From: Lama glama
Taxonomy: Eukaryota
Reading direction: 5' to 3'
NCBI GenBank assembly: GCA_028534125.1
Contig: CM052816.1
Span: 52,020,001-52,084,000, forward strand
DNA: 64,000 bases
In this document: piece after piece, positions 1 to 12,760 of the stretch
Position numbering within the stretch: position 1 is the first letter of the stretch
How the letters are laid out: every line of letters starts with the position of its first letter
Translations under genes and position numbers: made by a program
Notes under the pieces: generated by a model
The model's input: only the letters and a program-made list of their open reading frames with translations
Databases searched by the model: none
Told to the model about the DNA's origin: nothing

Positions 1-465
1 ATGATAATTTTATCCCTAGAGGCAGTCAGAGAGCCATATACTTGGATTTCATCATTGGGGACCCTTGTAAAAAGGTCTTCACTAAATTATGCATACATAT
101 GCCATCAGCTTATATCAAAGGATCTTCTGAAAAACAACCCCACAAAACATTTTACCATTTATTTGAGGAATGTTGCTGCTGAAAGTAGAGTTCACTACAC
201 ATACGGCGTTGCCTTTATGAGGTGTTTCTTTCAAGTCTAAGCACAGGGGAAACTGTTTCACCTTAATTTTAGGGCCATGATGGACCCATCACTGACTCGA
301 GGAGCCTGGACACTCAGCCAAATCTGTAGCTCACATCTAATGAGTGAGTGGCATCTTTAGGAAATGTTTTGTGTGCTGACCCTACTCCTATAGCTTCTTT
401 TCTTTCCATCCCATCTCCTTATATATTTCGTTTTATTTTTAATTTTTGTGGGTGTATCTTTGTGG

Positions 466-818
466 GCTGCGCAACAGACTGAATGTTTATGCTATGAAAC
501 CTAATCCCCAATGCTATGGTACTTGGGGATCAGGTCTTTGGGAAGTGATCAGGTCATGAAGGTGGAGCCTCATGAATGGGATTAGTGTCTTATAAAAGAG
601 ACCCCAAATTGCTCCCTCACCCTTTCTGCCATTTGAGGACATAGTAAGAAGATGGCCACCTTCAAACCAGGAAGTGGGTCTCACCAGACACTAAATCTGC
701 TGGTGCATTCCTTGATCCTGGACTTTCAGCCTCCAGAACTGTGAGAAGTAAATTTCTGTTTTTCATGAGCCATCCAGTCTATGGTATTTTTCATAAAGAA
801 GCCTGAACAGACTAAGCC
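466..818 (+). mobile_element. MaLR solo LTR (MLT1A/B-like)
   Basis: Typical MLT1 motifs: gaaacctaatccccaatg, catgaatgggattagtgtcttataaaagag, ggactttcagcctccagaactgtgaga, cagtctatggtatttt. Confidence 0.85.
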
Positions 819-1367
819 AGGCGATATCAAATTCTTTTTGAAATGAGGAAGAGATGAAGGTAATTCAGAACAAACTCTCAAAAAAGGCTGAAAATAGTAA
901 TAGGAATCTTTCCTCGTGAAGCTTAATCTATATTTAAAAACTCCATTAAAACCATAAAGAAGGCTGAATTAGGATGTAACTTACAACTTACCCTGAAGCT
1001 CATTCTAGAACCAATTCCTTCCTATTTGCTGAAGAGTTTCCTCTCTCTTTCAAAATAAGTCCCTGGCAGTACCTTCCTCTTACTCTCGTCTGCATAGTAG
1101 AACACAAGCCTTTACTTTATTAACCAGAAAAAAAAAAGTGAAAGATACCAGACTGCACTGAATGAACTTGCAGAAACCCTCAAGAAACTCAATTCCCTGC
1201 GACACGTCTCTCACAGGCATGAAGGCACTGATGCTCCCAGGCAGGACTGGGGAGGCTGTTCCTTCCTGCAGCCTCAACACCAAAAGGAACATTCAGATCT
1301 AAGAAGCAGGGTCCTTCCAAGGACGGTACTGGCTTTACTGAGGGACCTGTTCTCTTAATCTCAATCA

Positions 1368-1425
1368 GTCTCTCTCTCTGTCTCTTTCTCAGTCTCTGTT
1401 TCTCTGTTTCTCTCTCTCTCTGTCT
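1368..1425. repeat. Imperfect (TC)n microsatellite
   Basis: tctctctctctg... run seen directly. Confidence 0.8.
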
Positions 1426-2089
1426 GTATGTATTGGGGAGGGAGGGTGTTCTACTCTCTCTGTTAAAGACAGTGGGGCTTCTCTGGTCCATGATGGGGGT
1501 GTGATGGGGAGGGTGGGAAGCGATGTGGCAAGTACGCATATGGAAGACTGTCAGTCTGCATTATGACCATCCGCCCTGGACATCCCATCCAAAGACTCAT
1601 CCCCATGTCTATAGGCTCTACCAACCTGATAAATTTGCCCACGGCAGCATCTACTTATCTAAAGGTCTTCTGCCTCCAGAATGCACATCAAAGTTGCTAG
1701 TTGGGTTAAAAGACACCTGCCCTGGTGTAAACTGCAGGCACTCAAAAGATTTCTGTCAAATTTGAACATGTTTACATAACTTAAGAAGGAAAACATTTTA
1801 AAAATAAAAGCAACTATTTTTAAAAGATACTTTCATCAAGAGTATCTTGGGAACCCATTCAATAGTTGAGAAGGTTCTTCAAATGTGTATCAATATACGT
1901 CTCAGTGATGGCAAAGCAAGCAGGCACATCAGAAATAGCTCTATTAATAAAATAAAACAAAGCAAATTATAAAGGGGTATATAAAGTGAGACTCTGAGGT
2001 ATAACTGAAAAAAGGTGAAAAAGGTCCTATTGAGTGTGAGAACCCTGATGAGGTCTTCCTGACCTTGTTAGAAATGCAATCTATGTCTG

Positions 2090-2172
2090 GATGTGCTGAA
2101 TCACAGTCTGCATTTTAAAAGGCCCCAGGGTGATTTGTAGACCTTTGCAAGGTTTAAGAAGCCTTGCTCTAA
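2090..2172. mobile_element. hAT-Charlie MER5-like fragment
   Basis: ctgaatcacagtctgcattttaaaaggccccagggtgatt...gtttaagaagccttgctct resembles MER5A. Confidence 0.55.
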
Positions 2173-4179
2173 GGTCCCAGAAGTTCATATGTCCTATCAG
2201 TGAATGTAGAAAGTTAGCAGGTACTGAAAGAAACAAGAGGTCTCAAAAATCAACAGTAAAGTGAAAATGAGGTTTTGACATTCCCGGAGGTGACGAACTT
2301 TCCTGCTCTAATCTGCTTTACAAACTCCTCCAAACTGCAAAAGCTCTGTCACTAAACTGAGCTCACGCAGCTCACCCCACCTGAACCTTCATGGAGTAAG
2401 AAATCAGCGCTTCTAATGTATGAAGACAATTTGAACTCTGCTTTTTCCCAGAGTCATACCAAGGAAAGCCCACAGAATAGAGGTTAGAAACCACCAAGGA
2501 GAAGGGTCATGCCAGTCAACCAGCCAGCCATCCACAGGAAGAGAAAACCTAGCTGGGAAGTGGGAAGGGCCAATAACAAAGAGGGGCCCAGAGTCCCAGA
2601 GTGCCTGGGCGCTCAGAGCTCAGGCTGGAGCGACAGGTGCAGGACCTGTGACTGGCCTGGCTACACCACCTGCACAGGGCTGACCTGGGGAACAGACAAG
2701 CCCCTGACCCCAGTCCCCAACAGGCTTTCACCTGGACCAACACCCCTGCTCATTAAAACAGAGCCACTGCCATGAAGAGCTCCTGGTACAAGCCAGCTAG
2801 GGAAGGGAGATGCCCCAGCAGACTGGAGCCCCAGCCTCACAACTCCTTGGCCCAGCAATGGGGCTCCTAACTGCTTCTGGCTGGAGCTCCCTCTCCTCCC
2901 CTCCCAGAGGCAATAAGACTGCAGCAGGGGTCTGGAGGACTCTCAGGACTCCAAGAATATGCTGAGCTGGCCATGAAACTGTGGGGTGAAACAGCTCCCC
3001 CACTTCCTACCAACCGTGGAAATCAAGCCACTATTAGACAATACAGTGCACCTTCGTGCAATTTAGAAAATGGGGCCAAGGCTGGACAGAAAAAAGAAAA
3101 AACTCTCCGACAGTCAAACTGGTAAGAGTCTTTCTTTTGGGAGATGGGAGCACTGGGTTTAGCAAACAGAAGGCACCCGTGTGCTCAGAAAACGGCCCTC
3201 CGTTCTCCAGGGAACACAGCTCACACTCATCCTCCAGTGCAAACATGTGTGCAACGTTTACAGACAAAGCCATCTGCCCTCCCCACCTTGGCAGCCTCTA
3301 AGGTTAGGCTGGGAGAGAAAGAGAGAGTACACAAGCACAGGTGCCCCAGAATCCAATAAACAATATGGACAAAGAACAGTATTCCAGAAGTCAGGGAATA
3401 CTTCCCCGAGGACTCATCCATCCCTCTCATCTCATTATGACTCTTATTGTAATTGCATTTTACACAATATTATTATATTAAGTTTTATAAACTGATGGTG
3501 TGATGAACTACCGCATAACTGCACTGTATTGTGTTGGCAGTAACGGAACACATTTCAGAATGCAAGAATATAATAAAGCCCATGCTTCAAAAATGGAGCT
3601 GTTTATTTCAGCATGTGCGGGGAGCAGGCTAACTGCTCTGCTCAGGGTCCACTGCCATCCTCCAGTTCTCATTTGCTAACATGATGGGGCAGTTTATGAG
3701 AACATTTTTTTCACCACTCTACAGTAATAGCTCCAAACTGCAACAACGTTATTAGTTATTCCAATGATAAAAGTCTGCTCCAACACAAAACTTCACACAG
3801 GGGAGTCTTTAAGGAACCCCCTACTACAGTAGAATGTCTAAACTAAGTATGTCTTCACAGAAATGAGCAAAATCATGAAAAACATTTCCGTAAGTGTGTT
3901 TTTACTCAATTCCTTAACATCCAATGTCTTTAGGCTAGACTTTATTTGGCAGACTTAATCTGATTTTGAGTATCAACGTATAATAAGGGAGTTTTTTCTT
4001 TTAAAAAATAATAATAATGATGTCCAATTCCCTGAGTCACAATTAATGTCACCTTAATTTTTTTTCATGCCTGCAACAAGTCAACTTTATAATCATTAGA
4101 GTAAATCATGTATTTACAAACTACACATATTTTGTTATGTTTTCTTTTTCTGTGTTTGTATGCACAAACCCTAGTGGTT

Positions 4180-4375
4180 AATATTTATCATGGCCTTATT
4201 ATGTGCCAGACATTGTTAAGCATTTTACACATGTCCTCTCTCAACACCATTATCCCTGCATCAACCTGAGCTAGATGTGACTCTCGGCCTCATTAAGAGA
4301 TGCAAAACTGCAACACAGAAAGGTTATATGGCTAATACTTAGCAAAGTCAGTATCTGAAGCCAGGCATCTGTCCC
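4180..4375 (-). mobile_element. MIR SINE
   Basis: atatttat...tatgtgccagacattgttaagcattttaca and gatgcaaaactgcaacacagaaaggtta core-like segment. Confidence 0.65.
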
Positions 4376-4589
4376 TTTCTCAACTGCTGTCAAATAAATG
4401 CAAACAGTATCCATCAGGGCCTGGACTATATATACATCAACTAAGATTTTAAACACTCAGCATAACTTATTTCAGCAAGATGCTAATATTTTATAACAAC
4501 CTTCAAAGAATCGTACTAAGAACCCCAGGTAATCTAAAAGAAAAATAAGATGTTGTTCTTGGGTACAAGTACTTCGCAGACTAATAAAA

Positions 4590-4593
<4 letters not shown>

Positions 4594-4624
<31 letters not shown>
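4594..4624. repeat. (CA)n microsatellite
   Basis: Perfect CA run. Confidence 0.95.
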
Positions 4625-4626
<2 letters not shown>

Positions 4627-6200
4627 AGTGCATTTATTTCAAAGCTGCATCTAAGTGGAGATGATAATGTGGTACAAATGAAATAAAGAGAAAGATGACA
4701 TATAACAGGGAGTATTGTGGAGGTGATCCCTAACGTGGCTTTCTAAGGAACCACTGCCTGGACTGGCCGTGATGGGAGAAGGGAACTTCACACCATGATC
4801 CAAATCAGAGGCAAAAAGTCACAGGAGAGATGGAGATGGCAATTGGAGAACAGAATGTATATCATGAAGTATTTCATGTCATTTGAAACTGTGATGAGCT
4901 ATTTCACAGTGGTTTTCCTTTAACCAAGAATCTACATTTTACACTTACCACCATCACTATTCTGGCTTTATTCTCCTTTTGTCTCAGTGTTCTGGGGCAA
5001 TGCTCTGAGTGTTAAGTGGAAACCATCTCCCTGTGTTCCCTCCTTGGTCTCCCTCCCACTAGTGTGCAAGGATTTGCTCAAAAATAAACTAGCAGAGTCA
5101 ACGAGTGATGTCACTACACAATCACCCAACACTAACTTATTCCCCAAAATTGTCTTTACCTGAAGCCAAAATAAAATGAGTTAAATTCAAATGACTTCAG
5201 CTATTTGTCTTCTTATTTAAAAAGATGATGGAAAGGTCTACACTCAACCGATATGTTTGATTTAGGGAGCCCCTGCCCAACTAGATGTTCAGCCCAGGAT
5301 AAGCGGTTAGCCCCCAAAGCTTGCTGTCCCCAAGAACTTATTGATCCAGTGGGAACCAAGCCAACACAACGCGTGGCACACAGTCGGCACTCAGCACACG
5401 GGAGCTCCCATTTGTTGAGCATTGTAGCTGAGTCATGGGAATTGAAACAGAAACCAAGAAGCAAAAGACAAATACATAAGGTAAATCAGAGAGCTGAGAA
5501 GCACTGGACAGGGACTACTGGAAGAGTGTGGCAAACTCCCGGGAGGGGTCAGAGAGCTGGTCTCTCACAGAAGAGGAGCACATTTGGCAGAAGTAGGAAG
5601 CCGGAGAGCATTTCAAGAGAGAACTCAACATACACATGCCCATGGAAGAATAATGACTGCCTCTGTGTGGCACGACTGGGGCCTAGACACGGGGAGAGCA
5701 GGAGGACCTGGGCCAGACCACTGCAGCTCCTTGTCCTGTAAAGAGGGCAGGATTATGGAGCAGCTGCGGGGAGCCAGGAACAGACATTAAGCAGGGGAAT
5801 AATCTGATCATCCTAATTTACAGAGATAGGTGTGACAGTGGCGTGGAAGACGGACTGGAAAGGAGGCTTGGGGTAACCAAGGAGTGCAACTGAGCTGCAA
5901 CGAGGGTCTGCATTTAGGTAGCAATGAGAGATAAAAGGATGGATTTTAACAGATCCTAAGGGATTCTCCCTGCAAAATACGTAGCTTAAACTCCCAAAGT
6001 AGAGACTTTCCTTGTGTTCCAAAACATCCAGCATGAAGCAGTTCAGACTACTGCCTTTTGAATACAGGGACTAATTAATAATTCTACCATCCAGAACATT
6101 CCCCTCCTACTTTCCTTCTTTCAATAAACATCTACTAGGCAGTAACTACATGCCCTGTACTGGTAACCAGGGATACAAAAGCAAGTAAGACACAGTTCTG

Positions 6201-6721
6201 CTACTCAGCCACAAAAAAGAATGAAATACTGCCATTTGCAGCAACATGGGTAGACTGAGAGATTATCTTTCTAAGTGAAGTAAGTCAGACAAAGACAAAT
6301 ATCATATGATATCACTTATATGTGGAGTCTAAAAAAAGTGATACAAATGAACTTACTTACAAAACAGAAAGAGACTCAGAGACATAGAAAACAAACTTAT
6401 GGTTACCAAAGTGGGAAGGTGGGGGAGTGATAAATTAGGGGTTTGGGATTAACAGATACTTACTACTATATACAAAATAGATAAACAACAAAGTCCTACT
6501 GTATAGCACAGGGAACTACATTCAATATCTTGTAATAACCTATAATGAAAAAGAATCTGAAGACAAATATATGTATATTTAGCTATAGCTATATGTGTGT
6601 ATATATATATGTATAAATATGTGTATATATACATATATATATATATAGCTGAATCACTATGCTGTACACTGAAAACTAACACAACATTGTAAATCAACTA
6701 TACTTCAATTTTTTTTTTAAA
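6201..6721 (+). mobile_element. 5'-truncated artiodactyl-type L1 (3' end) inserted into an old L2
   Basis: L1 3' motifs (gccatttgcagcaacatgg, gcacagggaactacattcaatatcttgtaataacc, gctgaatcact). Perfect 14-bp TSD aagacacagttctg at 6187-6200 and 6722-6735. L2-like flanks on both sides. Confidence 0.92.
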
Positions 6722-8550
6722 AAGACACAGTTCTGGTGGTCAAGGAGCTCAGAGTTTCATAGAAGACAGATGGAGGCACAGATAATAACCACGATGATTC
6801 CAATGCTGTAAGAAGTGTGTATGAGGTGGTAAGTGCACAGAGAATTACAAACTACCTGATTGGGCGGAGAAGGTAACATTTGGCCCCATAAATGTCTTAA
6901 TAATCTAAAGGACTTATCACCAATTTTTTAATGATATACATATTGCCGGTGACATTTCCCGTGAACTTAGCTGAAGCAATGCATAAATTGTTTAAAATAT
7001 ATAAAATCAGAATACTATATATAATAAGAGTCTATGAAACTTTGTTTAATATTGTGAATGTTAAAGGTAAATCCCATTTGTAGAGAGCTCTGCTCACTGG
7101 CTGGGGCTCACTTATTAACCACAATGATGAAAGTCATTTTCTTACCTTTTTGACTTTCTTAAAGGGAGTCTCAGTATTGAATTTCATCATGGGAATAAAC
7201 AAAATGCCAAAAAATATCCATACATATTGAGGTCAAGCATACACTCTGTATTTGCCTGCCACAATAAAAAAAAAAAACTTTTGCTTTATAATAGCAATCT
7301 CTTCAGATTACTTTTGGTGGCCTTAGTCCACTTTTAAACAATTTTTCCATTAACTGGCAGGAGTTCCCGTGGTACTCCACCCCTCCACATCCTTCCTGTG
7401 CTGGGTCACTTAAAAATAACTAGCCATGAAGCATTTAAAAATTTAGGGAAATTATTTTAGAGGAAAAATCACTGGCCATCACAATTGTGGTGAGGTGGAG
7501 AAGGACACAGAGTAGACCTCAGAAGGTTTTCAAATAAGAACTTTTTTAAGTAGTACAACTTCTTTGCTCCCTACCAATGACTACCCACCTTATTATCAAG
7601 ACAATTTATTTGCCATATGTGACGAATCTGGGGAAAAATGCTTTTTATCTAATATCCCTCACTGTGTGACAGTAAAATCTATTTTTATGAACTCCTATAT
7701 CACAAATATACGTTCACTTAGAATTTTGAACTTTTCAAAGGATGATTTCATATACTAGTTACAAAGTGGTTAAATAATTATTTTAATCAATGACATAAGA
7801 TATAGAAGTCTACTACAGAAAATTAGACCATATTAATAGACATTAAAAAAATTAAAATAACCCAAAAGTCTCCAAAAAAATCAGTGTGAACAGTTAGAAC
7901 CTGTTTCCTTTCCTTCATAATTTTTGAGTAGAAATTTATATATTTCTCTTTAAAATACTGTCTATAAATACACTTTCATAATTCAATTGCCATCATTTTT
8001 ATGGCAATATGTTTATGTAAACATTCCAGAATTTAAGTAATCAATCTATATAGTGGGACATCAGGGTTGTTTGCAATTTTTCTTTATTAAAGGCAACACT
8101 ATAACTTTAAATTATAAACACATATCTTTGTACACTCATCCAATTGTTTCTCTGGGACAGAAGGCTAGCAGTGGAGTTCCTGAATCAGTAGACATGATAA
8201 GGCCATGATTTTTATATCACAGGAAATATCTAGCTCATAGATTGTTTAAAACATACATAATGAGAAGAAGAAAGGAATATCTGATTTAAAGTAAAACATA
8301 AAGTAATAAGCATATCTGAATTGAAACACACAAAGGAGAGTATATATCTTTATTTAAGGGTAAGAGTTTACATCTATTAAACTATAGCTTAACTGTCAAC
8401 AAAACACAAACCCTTAAACTAGAATATACTTGGGGCATACTAGGTCATGTTTGCTAAACTTGTGCCCCAAGAAAAACCAACCAGGTTTATTCAAGAGGAT
8501 CCTTAAAGAAAGAGCTCTGTGGGCAATAAACTTGGGTGCTATCCTACAGT

Positions 8551-8890
8551 CAGCACTGTACAACAGAAATATAATGTGCACTTCAAATGCAAGCCACACA
8601 TGCAATTTCAAATTTACTAGTGGCTGCATGGAATAAGAGAAGAAGAAACAGGTGAAATTGACTTTAATAATACATTTTATTTGACCCAGTGTATCCAAAA
8701 TATCCTTTTAACATCTGATCAAGCAAAAGAAGAATTATTGAGATATTTCATGTTCTTCTTTTTTTTTGTACCAAGCCTTCAAAGTCAAGCATATATAAGT
8801 GTAAATACTTAGAAGCACATTTCAAGTTGGTCTAGCCACGTTCTAAGTGCTCAAAAGCCACATGTGGCTGGTGGCTGCCATAATGGATGG
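8551..8890 (+). mobile_element. MER33-like hAT-Charlie DNA transposon
   Basis: cagcactgtacaacagaaatataatg...gaaacaggtgaaattgactttaataatacattttatt...gccacatgtggctggtggctgcc follows the MER33 consensus as recalled. Confidence 0.8.
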
Positions 8891-8980
8891 GCAAGCCTTT
8901 TCTGTTAAAGGTCAGATAGTAAATATTTTGGGCTTTGCAGGTCAAGAGGCAAAATCGAGGATATCGTGTAGGTGCTTCAA
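8890..8980 (+). mobile_element. MER58-like hAT fragment
   Basis: ttttctgttaaaggtcagatagtaaatattttgggctttgcaggtc is the MER58 5' terminus motif. Confidence 0.75.
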
Positions 8981-10541
8981 CAGTACCCTTTGCCTGGGTG
9001 GCCCATTCGGGGTGGTGAGCAGCTCTGCACCCAAGTGTCCTCAACTGGAGACATTTCAAGATGAAGACAACTGGCCCAAGAGTGGACAGGGCCACTGTGG
9101 TCACTGCAATCTGGATTCCAGTGAGTCCCTGTCTCCTCCTGAGAACCCAGGTCATCGCAACGTGGACAGGGGGCCAGAGAAGAGAAGGCTCAGCAACTGG
9201 GACTCCTAGACAGAGATTCCACCATTCTCTGCCCTGCATCTGCCACAGCAAAGACCCCAAAGTGCTGGCAACCGAAGTGCTGGACCAGAGGGGGCACAGG
9301 GGCCAAGGGAGGTGCTGCAACTCACTGTTGCAGCCTCCTCTGGTTCTAGAACAGACTATCAAGTAAAGGAGAATTAACAAAGACATCTGCATGGTAAAGA
9401 TTCTAAGAAACCCTGTCATGAAGAAACTAGCTTCATTTTGGATAACTCAGCTTTTCCCCACACTTTTTTGGTGTGAAGCCATTTTTAATAGCTAATAAAC
9501 ACCAGGGCACACAAGCGGATATTCCTCATAACACATGGTTCACGTTGAGAGATACTGTTCTGATCTAATTTTGTTTGGTATCAGGAAAAATTCCTCACAG
9601 TAAAATAAACCTTATTAATAATAGAACCAAATTCCTAGGCTTCTTCTCAGACTCCCATCTTTCCTTGTTCTATTTTCCCCAAACACCATACCAGATTCTC
9701 TCTTCCACTCACCCCCGCCTCCCCTCTCCCCACACTGGCGTCCCTGCAAGGCTCCCCACAACTCGCAAGCCAGTGAACGGGGTCTGCTCCATCTCCCCTT
9801 CCGCTCCTGCCCCAGTGTTACTCCCAGCGTGAACCTACATATCCCAGCTTGAGCCAAAATGAACTTAGCTCTTCCTTCTTCCTACCAGTTAAACTTGGTT
9901 CCTCTGTCAAAGACCAAGAACAACAGACGTTCCTGCAACCCTCCCTGAGCACAAAGCCAGAAAGGTCTTCCTCATCCCCTGAACATGGATGGCCTTTACT
10001 GAGCCTCACACACCCACCCTCAGGGAACCCCTGCAAATACACCACCTCACCTCCTCCCCAGACAGGCTCTTTCAGGCCCGCGGAGACTAGACCTGAAACT
10101 TCGTTCACAGGCCTCAGGACAGGGCTTTGCAGCAAATGCTCAAAACCTGCTTCGTGAATAAATGAAGGAGTGAACTGCCTGGGCTCTGAGGGGGGACCTG
10201 GCCCGTGAGCACACTCAGGCCTCCTCAGAGACACCTGAGATCAGGACACACTTTCAAGCCTTCATGAGCAGAAAAGCCACACTAAGCCTCGTCCTGATTT
10301 ATCATTTTAGGGCCCGAGCCACATCACTTAGTGCCCCCCTTCTAGTGAATTAATTCAGTCAAATTTCTCGGTCCTTTTATAACACTTTATCCTTTACATA
10401 ATTGTTCTTGGAAGATAAATTTAATATGCTGTAATTTTCCCTTTGAAACTAGATGCTTTGTTTTAGAAAAGCATTTTTTAGCATGAGAAAGGTACTGTCT
10501 GGGATAACTCCTAAAGAGGATGTTAGTTACTAAAGCACCAC

Positions 10542-10543
<2 letters not shown>

Positions 10544-10579
<36 letters not shown>
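10544..10579. repeat. (CA)n microsatellite
   Basis: Perfect CA run. Confidence 0.95.
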
Positions 10580-10580
<1 letters not shown>

Positions 10581-12418
10581 GCCTCAGTAACAAACACAAC
10601 CCTTGTTGTGAGACAGTCTCCCTCTACCTCAGCTGTACCACATGGACTGGTGACTACACCACTTACGAGTCTAACCAGTGTTTGGTAAATGTTTTCGAAG
10701 CTATCCAGAAGTACAGGCGCCATAATTTCCAAAGCAAACCATGACCTCATGACCTGAAAACCCAAATGGTTTTATGGGAATGCAGAGATAGAATATTTTA
10801 AATCAAGATTGTCCTGGAAAACTTGGAACCCATGCTGTGGTACTGTAAAGCCAAATGGTATAAACAATAACAACAAGTCTTAATAAAAATCTAAAATGTG
10901 AGGTTTTAACAGCAACTGTACAAGTAACTAGTGTTGGTGTATTGGGACTAGAGTAACGTGACTGAAATACACAGCTCCAAAACTTTAAGTGACTTTTAGA
11001 CAAATGTGCAAAAAAGATTACAAAATATCTAGAAACGCTTGGGTGAGTTTTACTCTGATCATGAGCAGCAGTCCTGAGGAATTTGGGAACTGGGCATGCA
11101 GGGCGTGTGGTGAGTGGACTCCCTAGAGGCAGGCCACTTCGCTAGCCAACAAGACTGCCAGGTGAGAAGCCAAAGGACCTTCTTCCTTTATTCAAAGTGA
11201 CAAAGAGTCTTCAAACAAACCTGCCTTCCGGAACCCCAAAATAATCTTGAAGTAAAATGTTTTGTCTATACAACAGAACTAGAAAGCCCATTTATTTAAA
11301 TTCACGGCAATGTATAGGTTTTAAAATAAAAGGACATAAGTTCAGTGGTATTCTTTCAGAAGTTTTGTTTGGGGCCAAAATTATTCTCATTATCAAAAGC
11401 CACAGGGAGAGGCAGGATGGGGGAGGGCTGGAGGGACCCCAGGAATAGGAGAGATGTTCTCCGTGGAAAAAGTAACAAAAAGCCCAAGGAGGCAAGGCAG
11501 CTGCTACCAACATTAAAGGTAGGAAAGAATGAGTGTCCTAACCCAGGAGGTTTAATTGTTTAGGTCTTTTTTAATCACAAAAAGTTAACACAATCAAATT
11601 TAAGGATGGGTCAGAATTTTGCCATTCTCTCACCACAATGAAAGAATACAAAAAATGAAAACCCATTGCCAAAAAAGTTGATAATGTGCTTGTATGGAGA
11701 AGCAACATCTTGAATTTTGTGACTAAAGATCATATGGCTCAAAGGGCCTACAGGCAGAGATAACAACCAAGATAAAGATCGGAGTGAGCACTTGGTTCAA
11801 AAACCAAGCACTGAACTTTTCCTCTTTCTCACATGGTCATGATAGTCCCTGTCCTTACATTTAACTATTTTCCAGAGGTCAAAGGCGCACAGCATACGAT
11901 ACACTATAGACATCTATATACCTCTATGCTCCTGCAAAGACACATGCAGCAAAGAGCATCTGAAAAAATAAATGTCACATAACTTAGTCTGAAAGCTTCC
12001 ACTTTTGGTATTATAATATGCAACATAAATTAGTCCAAGTTTATAGGGAAAGGATTACCACATCAACCGAATGTGCACATTGTTTGAAAACACACTCTAA
12101 TTTCAGAAAAAGTAAAACATTATAATCCAAGTATGCTTAAAAATCAGTGGAATATGGTAATTTTAGGCACTTCTACTTTATGCATTCAAATGGAGCTCAC
12201 TGATCACAGTCCTAGGCACTGTAACTGATCATAACAAATAATCCCTAGGGAGAGTAAATCCCACCAAAAAGCATTCATAAGTCTAGTTTTATTTTCAAAA
12301 ATTAGACCACCATATTTGACCATATTTGTTTCTGTATTTTATTCACAGACGAGATCGTACCTCCATTCCAGAAATTGACATTTTATGTTGGGTTTTCAAC
12401 CAGTTACAAAACTACTTG

Positions 12419-12760
12419 AGGGAGGGGCTCCAAGAGGGCAGAACAGAAGGATGCAGAGCTCACCCTCTTCCACAAATACATCAAAAATACATCCACGTGT
12501 GGAGTAATTCTCACAACATGCCTACTGAACTGTAACAGAAGATCTTGTACAAGTGGAACTACAAGGAAAATCTTCACAAAAACAGATAAACAACAAGGTC
12601 CTACTGTATTGCACAGGGAACTATATTCAATACCCTGTAATAGCCTATAATGAAAAAGAACATGAAAAGGAATATTTATATATATGTACAACTGAATCAC
12701 TACGCTGTTCTTCAGAAATTAACACAACATTGTAAACTGACTGTACTTCAATTTAAAAAA
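12419..12760 (+). mobile_element. Internally deleted L1: 5'-UTR-like start fused to L1 3' end
   Basis: 12419-~12578 resembles a laurasiatherian L1 5' terminus. ~12578-12760 aligns to the L1 3' end at 6470-6720 and ends in an A-tail. Confidence 0.7.

Noticed and set aside
5253..5741. 162-aa + strand ORF
   Set aside because: Overlaps decayed L2-like sequence; no protein similarity recognised.
8832..9419. 195-aa minus-strand ORF in intron 1
   Set aside because: Not RASGRF2-like, ends inside MER58/MER33 relics, and has no recognisable domain.
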